IMG/VR virus record: IMGVR_UViG_2778261576_000007
Source of the DNA: a virus
Taxonomy: Duplodnaviria > Heunggongvirae > Uroviricota > Caudoviricetes
Length of the DNA: 32,903 nt
Reading direction: 5' to 3' (one strand)
Of the stretch, positions 26,873-32,903 are shown in pieces; within the stretch, counting starts at the first letter, position 1, and the number at the start of each line of letters is the position of its first letter. Position numbers and translations under genes: made by a program. The notes below the pieces were generated by a model. That model did no database searches and was not told the origin of the DNA. It was given only the letters and a program-made list of their open reading frames with translations.

Positions 26873-29312
26873 CAATGTAAAATTACAGGTATTGCTCAGG
26901 GCTGTTGACCAGGCATCCCGCCCGTTTAAATCCATCCGCACAGCGAGTAAGTCGCTGTCGGGGGATATCCGGGAAACACAAAAATCACTGCGCGAGCTGA
27001 ACGGTCACGCATCCCGTATTGAGGGATTCCGCAAGACCAGTGCACAGCTCGCCGTGACTGGTCATGCACTTGAAAAGGCTCGGCAGGAGGCCGAAGCCCT
27101 TGCCACACAGTTTAAAAACACCGAACGTCCGACCCGTGCTCAGGCGAAAGTGCTGGAATCCGCAAAGCGTGCGGCGGAGGACTTACAGGCGAAATATAAC
27201 CGCCTGACGGATTCCGTTAAACGCCAGCAGCGGGAACTGGCCGTTGTGGGAATTAATACCCGCAATCTTGCACATGATGAGCAGGGACTGAAAAACCGTA
27301 TCAGTGAAACCACCGCACAGCTTAACCGGCAGCGTGACGCGCTGGCGCGTGTCAGTGCACAACAGGCAGAACTTAACGCAGTCAAACAGCGTTATCAGGC
27401 CGGAAAGGAACTGGCCGGAAATATGGCCTCAGTGGGCGCTGCCGGTGTGGGGATTGCTGCTGCGGGAACGATGGCCGGAGTTAAGTTGCTGATGCCCGGT
27501 TATGAGTTTGCGCAGAAAAACTCAGAATTGCAGGCCGTGCTCGGTGTGGCAAAAGACTCCGCCGAAATGACCGCAGTACGCAAACAGGCGCGCCAGCTCG
27601 GCGACAATACCGCCGCCTCGGCGGATGATGCGGCCGGTGCACAGATAATCATCGCGAAAGCGGGTGGGGATGTTGATGCCATTCAGGCGGCAACGCCGGT
27701 CACGCTGAATATGGCGCTGGCGAACCGCCGCACGATGGAAGAAAACGCCGCCCTGCTGATGGGGATGAAATCCGCCTTTCAGCTTTCAAACGATAAGGTC
27801 GCTCATATCGGGGATGTTCTCTCCATGACGATGAACAAAACCGCCGCTGATTTTGACGGCATGAGCGATGCGCTGACCTATGCCGCACCAGTGGCAAAAA
27901 ATGCCGGTGTCAGCATTGAAGAAACCGCCGCAATGGTCGGGGCGCTGCATGATGCAAAAATCACAGGCTCAATGGCGGGGACGGGAAGCCGTGCCGTGTT
28001 AAGTCGCCTGCAGGCACCGACTGGAAAAGCATGGGATGCACTCAAAGAGCTTGGCGTGAAAACCTCAGACAGCAAGGGGAATACCCGACCAGTATTTACC
28101 ATTCTGAAAGAAATGCAGGCCAGTTTTGAGAAAAACCGGCTCGGTACTGCCCAGCAGGCTGAATACATGAAAACCATTTTCGGGGAGGAGGCCAGTTCAG
28201 CCGCCGCCGTGCTGATGACTGCCGCCTCAACCGGAAAGCTGGACAAACTGACCGCTGCGTTTAAAGCCTCAGACGGGAAGACCGCCGAGCTGGTAAATAT
28301 CATGCAGGACAACCTCGGCGGTGACTTTAAGGAGTTTCAGTCCGCTTATGAGGCGGTGGGGACTGACCTGTTTGACCAGCAGGAAGGCGCGCTGCGTAAG
28401 CTCACGCAGACGGCCACAAAGTATGTGTTAAAACTCGACGGCTGGATACAGAAAAACAAATCACTGGCGTCAACCATTGGTCTCATTGCCGGTGGCGCAC
28501 TGGCGCTTACTGGCATCATCGGTGCCATTGGCCTCGTAGCCTGGCCGGTTATCACCGGCATCAATGCCATCATCGCGGCAGCAGGCGCAATGGGGGCAAT
28601 CTTCACGACGGTTGGCAGTGCCGTTATGACGGCCATCGGGGCGATTAGCTGGCCGGTTGTGGCCGTGGTGGCCGCCATTGTCGCCGGGGCGTTGCTTATC
28701 CGTAAATACTGGGAGCCTGTCAGCGCATTCTTTGGCGGTGTGGTGGAAGGGCTGAAAGCGGCATTTGCGCCGGTGGGGGAACTGTTCACGCCACTTAAGC
28801 CGGTGTTTGACTGGCTGGGCGAAAAGTTACAGGCCGCGTGGCAGTGGTTTAAAAACCTGATTGCCCCGGTCAAAGCCACCCAGGACACCCTGAACCGTTG
28901 CCGTGATACGGGCGTCATGTTCGGGCAGGCACTGGCTGACGCGCTGATGCTGCCGCTTAATGCGTTCAACAAACTGCGCAGCGGTATTGACTGGGTACTG
29001 GAAAAACTCGGTGTTATCAACAAAGAGTCAGGCACGCTTGACCAGACAGCCACCAGAACTCATGCCGCCACGTATGGCACCGGTGGTTATATTCCTGCGA
29101 CCAGCTCTTATGCAGGCTATCAGGCTTATCAGCCGGTTACGGCACCGGCTGGCCGCTCTTATGTGGACCAGAGTAAAAACGAATATCACATCAGTCTGAC
29201 GGGCGGTACTGCGCCGGGGACTCAGCTCGACCGCCAGTTACAGGATGCGCTCGAAAAATACGAGCGGGATAAACGTGCGCGCGCCCGTGCCAGCATGATG
29301 CATGACGGTTAA
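26865..29312 (+). CDS. T: Tail tape measure protein T (815 aa)
   Basis: Long Ala/Gly-rich coiled-coil and membrane-like protein in the conserved position. Confidence 0.92.
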   Translation: MSNNVKLQVLLRAVDQASRPFKSIRTASKSLSGDIRETQKSLRELNGHASRIEGFRKTSAQLAVTGHALEKARQEAEALATQFKNTERPTRAQAKVLESAKRAAEDLQAKYNRLTDSVKRQQRELAVVGINTRNLAHDEQGLKNRISETTAQLNRQRDALARVSAQQAELNAVKQRYQAGKELAGNMASVGAAGVGIAAAGTMAGVKLLMPGYEFAQKNSELQAVLGVAKDSAEMTAVRKQARQLGDNTAASADDAAGAQIIIAKAGGDVDAIQAATPVTLNMALANRRTMEENAALLMGMKSAFQLSNDKVAHIGDVLSMTMNKTAADFDGMSDALTYAAPVAKNAGVSIEETAAMVGALHDAKITGSMAGTGSRAVLSRLQAPTGKAWDALKELGVKTSDSKGNTRPVFTILKEMQASFEKNRLGTAQQAEYMKTIFGEEASSAAAVLMTAASTGKLDKLTAAFKASDGKTAELVNIMQDNLGGDFKEFQSAYEAVGTDLFDQQEGALRKLTQTATKYVLKLDGWIQKNKSLASTIGLIAGGALALTGIIGAIGLVAWPVITGINAIIAAAGAMGAIFTTVGSAVMTAIGAISWPVVAVVAAIVAGALLIRKYWEPVSAFFGGVVEGLKAAFAPVGELFTPLKPVFDWLGEKLQAAWQWFKNLIAPVKATQDTLNRCRDTGVMFGQALADALMLPLNAFNKLRSGIDWVLEKLGVINKESGTLDQTATRTHAATYGTGGYIPATSSYAGYQAYQPVTAPAGRSYVDQSKNEYHISLTGGTAPGTQLDRQLQDALEKYERDKRARARASMMHDG

Positions 29313-29326
29313 GGAGGTGACGAAAA

Positions 29327-29806
29327 ATGATGCTCGCGTTAGGTATGTTTGTTTTTATGCGCCAGACGCTGCCACACCAGACCATGCAGCGCGAATCAGA
29401 TTATCGCTGGCCGTCAAATTCCCGTATCGGTAAACGGGATGCCTTTCAGTTTCTCGGTGTGGGTGAGGAAAACATGACGCTTGCCGGCGTGCTTTATCCC
29501 GAACTGACCGGCGGGAAGCTGACGATGACCACGCTCAGGCTGATGGCAGAGGAAGGCCGGGCGTGGCCGTTGCTGGATGGCACCGGCATGATTTACGGCA
29601 TGTATGTCATCAGCAGGGTGAGTGAAACAGGGAGTATTTTCTTTGCAGACGGCACACCCCGGAAAATTGATTTTACGTTGTCGCTCACCCGCGTTGATGA
29701 ATCACTGGCCGCGCTTTATGGCGATATCGGTAAACAGGCGGAATCGCTCATCGGTAAGGCTGGCAGTATGGCGACTAAATTCACGGGTATGACGGGGGCG
29801 GGATAA
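29327..29806 (+). CDS. U: Tail protein U (159 aa)
   Basis: Synteny and size. Confidence 0.88.
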   Translation: MMLALGMFVFMRQTLPHQTMQRESDYRWPSNSRIGKRDAFQFLGVGEENMTLAGVLYPELTGGKLTMTTLRLMAEEGRAWPLLDGTGMIYGMYVISRVSETGSIFFADGTPRKIDFTLSLTRVDESLAALYGDIGKQAESLIGKAGSMATKFTGMTGAG

Positions 29807-30969
29807 TGCTGGACGCGCTGACATTTGATGCAGGCAGTACGCTGACGCCGGATTACATGCTGATGCTCGACAGCAGGGATATTACCGGCAATATCAGCGA
29901 CCGTCTGATGAGCATGACCCTGACTGATAACCGGGGCTTTGAGGCTGACCAGCTTGATATTGAACTGAACGATGCCGACGGGCAGGTCGGGCTGCCGGTT
30001 CGTGGCGCTGTCCTGACGGTGTATATCGGCTGGAAAGGTTTTGCCCTGGTATGCAAAGGGAAATTCACCGTTGATGAGGTTGAACACCGGGGCGCGCCGG
30101 ATGTGGTCACCATCCGCGCCCGGAGTGCAGATTTCCGCGGGACGCTCAATTCCCGCCGTGAAGGCTCCTGGCATGACACCACGCTCGGTGCGATTGTTGA
30201 GGCGATAGCCTCCCGTAACAGACTGGAAGCCAGTGTCGCTCCGTCACTGGCCGGAATTAAAATCCCGCACATCGACCAGTCGCAGGAGTCTGATGCGAAA
30301 TTCCTGACCCGTCTTGCAGAACGCAACGGCGGTGAGGTCTCTGTAAAAATGGGAAAACTGTTGTTTCTCAAAGCGGGGCAGGGGGTGACGGCCAGTGGTA
30401 AAAAAATCCCGCAGATTACCATCACCCGCAGCGACGGCGACCGTCATCATTTTGCGATTGCTGACCGTGGAGCTTACACCGGCGTAACGGCAAAGTGGTT
30501 ACACACCAAAGACCCGAAGCCGCAAAAGCAGAAGGTAAAACTGAAACGCAAAAAGAAAGAGAAACACCTGCGCGCACTGGAGCACCCGAAAGCGAAACCA
30601 GTCACGCAGAAGAAAGCGCCAAAAGTACCGGAAGCGCGCGAAGGTGAATACATGGCAGGTGAGGCTGACAACGTTTTTGCCCTGACCACGGTATATGCCA
30701 CGAAAGCGCAGGCCATGCGCGCCGCTCAGGCGAAGTGGGATAAGCTGCAACGGGGCGTTGCGGAGTTCTCCATCAGTCTGGCTACTGGTCGGGCAGATAT
30801 TTACACGGAAACGCCGGTCAAAGTATCAGGCTTTAAGCGCGTCATAGACGAGCAGGACTGGACAATCACTAAGGTGACACATTTTCTGAATAATAGCGGC
30901 TTCACGACGTCCTTGGAGCTTGAGGTCAGGCTTTCTGATGTGGAGTACGAAACAGAAGATGATGAGTGA
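29806..30969 (+). CDS. D: Tail protein D (387 aa)
   Basis: Synteny and size; start overlaps the U stop. Confidence 0.88.
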   Translation: MLDALTFDAGSTLTPDYMLMLDSRDITGNISDRLMSMTLTDNRGFEADQLDIELNDADGQVGLPVRGAVLTVYIGWKGFALVCKGKFTVDEVEHRGAPDVVTIRARSADFRGTLNSRREGSWHDTTLGAIVEAIASRNRLEASVAPSLAGIKIPHIDQSQESDAKFLTRLAERNGGEVSVKMGKLLFLKAGQGVTASGKKIPQITITRSDGDRHHFAIADRGAYTGVTAKWLHTKDPKPQKQKVKLKRKKKEKHLRALEHPKAKPVTQKKAPKVPEAREGEYMAGEADNVFALTTVYATKAQAMRAAQAKWDKLQRGVAEFSISLATGRADIYTETPVKVSGFKRVIDEQDWTITKVTHFLNNSGFTTSLELEVRLSDVEYETEDDE

Positions 30970-31050
30970 TGCTTTTGTTTTATCTGTTTGTTTTGTAAGG
31001 ATAAATTAACTAAAATGGCACCATCAACAAAACCGGAAGAGGTGCTCGCG

Positions 31051-31269
31051 ATGTTTCATTGTCCTTTATGCCAGCATGCCGCACATGCGCGTACAAGTCG
31101 CTATATCACTGACACGACAAAAGAGCGTTATCACCAGTGTCAGAACGTGAATTGCAGCGCCACGTTCATCACTTATGAGTCGGTACAGCGATACATCGTG
31201 AAGCCGGGAGAAGTCCACGCCGTAAGGCCGCACCCGTTGCCGTCAGGGCAGCAAATTATGTGGATGTAA
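31051..31269 (+). CDS. ogr: Late gene transcription activator Ogr (72 aa, zinc finger)
   Basis: MFHCPLCQHAAHARTSRYITDTTKERYHQCQNVNCSATF with four Cys. The ATG at 31051 is preceded by GGAAGAGG; the track ORF extends upstream to 30988. Confidence 0.92.
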   Translation: MFHCPLCQHAAHARTSRYITDTTKERYHQCQNVNCSATFITYESVQRYIVKPGEVHAVRPHPLPSGQQIMWM

Positions 31270-31281
31270 TTACAAACAGAA

Positions 31282-31306
31282 AGCCCCTCAGTCGAGGGGC
31301 TTTTTT
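31282..31306 (+). terminator. Rho-independent terminator after ogr
   Basis: Stem AGCCCCTC, loop AGTC, stem GAGGGGC, then TTTTTT (31301-31306). Confidence 0.8.
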
Positions 31307-31311
31307 GTCGA

Positions 31312-31333
31312 TGTGGTCAATGTGTGGACGTGA
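31312..31333. repeat. Period-11 direct repeats TGTGGTCAATG / TGTGGACGTGA, putative Int arm-type sites (P arm)
   Basis: The TGTGGnC motif is repeated with the same spacing as the repeats at 10-30. Confidence 0.45.
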
Positions 31334-31370
31334 CCAGAAATAAATCCTTTTATTTCAATTTTTTGTACGT

Positions 31371-31397
31371 AAAAAATAAGCCCGTGTAAGGGAGATT
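31371..31397. other. Phage attachment core (attR core), AAAAAATAAGCCCGTGTAAGGGAGATT
   Basis: Matches the 27-bp P2 att core as I recall it. It coincides with the terminator and 3' end of cyaR. Confidence 0.75.
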
Positions 31398-31457
31398 ACA
31401 CAGGCTAAGGAGGTGGTTCCTGGTACAGCTAGCATTTTATGGGTTATGTTTTTCAGC
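31371..31457 (-). ncRNA. cyaR: CyaR (RyeE) Hfq-dependent small RNA
   Basis: The minus-strand sequence GCTGAAAAACATAACCCATAAAATGCTAGCTGTACCAGGAACCACCTCCTTAGCCTGTGTAATCTCCCTTACACGGGCTTATTTTTT matches my recollection of E. coli CyaR, including the CCUCC seed loop and an intrinsic terminator. Confidence 0.8.
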
Positions 31458-31464
31458 GAAACGG

Positions 31465-31507
31465 ATGATAACCTTAATAAATGCAGCTGTATGTGATCGG
31501 TTTCTAA
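31465..31507 (-). promoter_or_regulatory. cyaR promoter: -10 TATCAT and a class II CRP site candidate
   Basis: On the minus strand, TATCAT (plus coordinates 31465-31470) lies at -8 to -13 from the proposed 5' end. TGTGA-N6-TCTAA (31492-31507) is centred about -42. CyaR is known to be CRP-activated. Confidence 0.45.
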
Positions 31508-31541
31508 GAATTTTCCATCCGGGAAAAATAATCGAAATTAA

Positions 31542-32903
31542 TCACTTACCGTGGGGGTTACGCGTGGTTTCCCCGGAGAAATTACGCATCAGCAGCGCGT
31601 AATTTAGCTCAAGATCCTGCGGGACCGGGATCCACACAGTATAACCATCGCCCGGTGCGACCGGCATTGCTTCGCCTTTGGCGTTTTCCATATGCTCAAG
31701 GGTAAAGTTAATGTTCCCTTGCGGCGTCATCAGCTCAAGGCTGTCGCCAACGGAGAATTTATTTTTCACCGCTACCGCCGCGAGGTCGCCCTTGCGCTCA
31801 CCGGTAAACTCACCAACAAACTGCTGGCGGTCAGAAACTGAATAACCGTATTCGTAGTTCTGATAATCGTCGTGAGTATGACGACGCAGGAAACCTTCGG
31901 TATAGCCACGATGCGCCAGACCTTCCAGAGTTTCCAGCAGGCTGGTATCGAATGGTTTTCCCGCAGCTGCGTCATCGATAGCTTTACGGTAAACCTGCGC
32001 GGTGCGTGCGCAATAGTAGAAAGATTTTGTACGACCTTCGATTTTCAGCGAATGCACGCCCATTTTGGTCAGGCGTTCAACGTGGGCGATAGCGCGCAGA
32101 TCTTTCGAGTTCATGATGTAAGTGCCGTGCTCATCTTCAAACGCAGTCATATACTCGCCCGGACGCTGAGCTTCTTCGATCATAAACACTTTGTCGGTTG
32201 GCGCGCCGATGCCCAGCGTCGGCTCAACATTTTGCACCGGAATCGGCTCGTACTTGTGCACGATGTTGCCAACGTCATCTTCTTTCCCTTCCTGGACGTT
32301 GTACTCCCAGCGGCAGGCGTTGGTGCAGGTGCCCTGGTTCGGGTCGCGCTTGTTGATATAGCCAGAGAGCAGGCAGCGACCGGAGTAGGCCATGCACAGC
32401 GCACCGTGAACGAAGATCTCGATCTCCATATCCGGCACCTGATTACGGATCTCTTCAATCTCTTCCAGCGACAGCTCGCGAGAGAGGATCACGCGGGTCA
32501 GTCCCATTTGCTGCCAGAATTTCACCGTCGCCCAGTTCACGGCGTTAGCCTGCACCGAGAGGTGGATCGGCATTTCAGGGAAGTGCTCGCGCACCAGCAT
32601 AATCAGCCCTGGATCGGACATAATCAGCGCATCCGGCCCCATCTCCACCACCGGTTTCAGGTCACGGATAAAGGTTTTCAGCTTGGCGTTGTGCGGTGCA
32701 ATGTTGACCACGACATAAAACTTTTTCCCCAGCGCGTGGGCTTCATTGATGCCGAGCTGAAGATTTTCGTGGTTGAATTCGTTGTTGCGCACACGCAGGG
32801 AGTAACGCGGCTGGCCCGCATAAACAGCATCTGCGCCATAAGCGAAAGCGTAACGCATATTTTTCAGCGTTCCCGCCGGGGAAAGGAGTTCCGGTTTAAA
32901 CAT
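31542..32903 (-). CDS. yegQ: Peptidase U32-family protein YegQ (453 aa)
   Basis: Complete ORF beginning MFKPELLSPAGTLKNMRYAFAYGADAVYAGQPRYSLR... It lies upstream of cyaR on the same strand, matching the E. coli yegQ-cyaR arrangement as I recall it. Confidence 0.8.
   Translation of the reverse strand: MFKPELLSPAGTLKNMRYAFAYGADAVYAGQPRYSLRVRNNEFNHENLQLGINEAHALGKKFYVVVNIAPHNAKLKTFIRDLKPVVEMGPDALIMSDPGLIMLVREHFPEMPIHLSVQANAVNWATVKFWQQMGLTRVILSRELSLEEIEEIRNQVPDMEIEIFVHGALCMAYSGRCLLSGYINKRDPNQGTCTNACRWEYNVQEGKEDDVGNIVHKYEPIPVQNVEPTLGIGAPTDKVFMIEEAQRPGEYMTAFEDEHGTYIMNSKDLRAIAHVERLTKMGVHSLKIEGRTKSFYYCARTAQVYRKAIDDAAAGKPFDTSLLETLEGLAHRGYTEGFLRRHTHDDYQNYEYGYSVSDRQQFVGEFTGERKGDLAAVAVKNKFSVGDSLELMTPQGNINFTLEHMENAKGEAMPVAPGDGYTVWIPVPQDLELNYALLMRNFSGETTRNPHGK

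Larger units (their letters stand above)
1..31397. mobile_element. P2-like (Peduovirus) prophage; left junction lies beyond the window start, right junction is the att core at 31371-31397
   Basis: Complete P2 gene order int-C-cox-B-A ... cos ... Q-P-O-N-M-L ... D-ogr; internal cos sequence; att core and arm-type repeats at the right end; host genes cyaR and yegQ follow. The window starts at the int stop codon, so attL is not visible. Confidence 0.9.

Noticed and set aside
27140-29053. Antisense ORFs inside the tape-measure gene T (for example 27878..28312, 28346..29053)
   Set aside because: Embedded in a conserved long structural gene; low-complexity Ala/Ser/Thr/Pro products typical of spurious frames.
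31307-31541. A tRNA gene as the integration target
   Set aside because: I found no tRNA-like cloverleaf or anticodon arm next to the att core. The target is instead recognisable as the 3' end of the sRNA gene cyaR.

Overview
The window is an almost complete P2-like (Peduovirus) prophage of an Escherichia/enterobacterial host, running from the stop codon of the integrase gene (position 1) to the right attachment site, followed by host DNA (the sRNA gene cyaR and yegQ). All calls rest on reading the ORF translations, motifs and gene order; no database search was run, and P2 protein lengths and names are recalled from memory. Gene order follows the P2 prophage map: int, C, cox, B, orf80-83, A, cos, Q, P, O, N, M, L, X, Y, K, lysA/B/C, R, S, V, W, J, I, H, G, FI, FII, E/E', T, U, D, ogr, attR. 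The 19-nt P2 cohesive-end sequence sits internally at 8760-8778, and the 27-bp att core at 31371-31397 is also the 3' end of cyaR. The most interesting parts are the two known variable cargo positions of P2-like phages, both filled with AT-rich (about 27-38% GC against about 50-55% backbone), leftward-transcribed single genes that are not P2 old/tin. (1) Between A and cos, an 827-aa protein has SF2 helicase motifs and a C-terminal PD-(D/E)xK-like nuclease motif. (2) Between G and FI, a 269-aa protein has an N-terminal HNH (His-Me finger) motif and an uncharacterised C-terminal domain. Both are candidate single-gene anti-phage or superinfection-exclusion determinants, possibly undescribed. Other features include a tail-fibre gene with 44-aa tandem repeats and an AT-rich distal host-range module, the E/E' -1 frameshift, and the embedded lysC gene.
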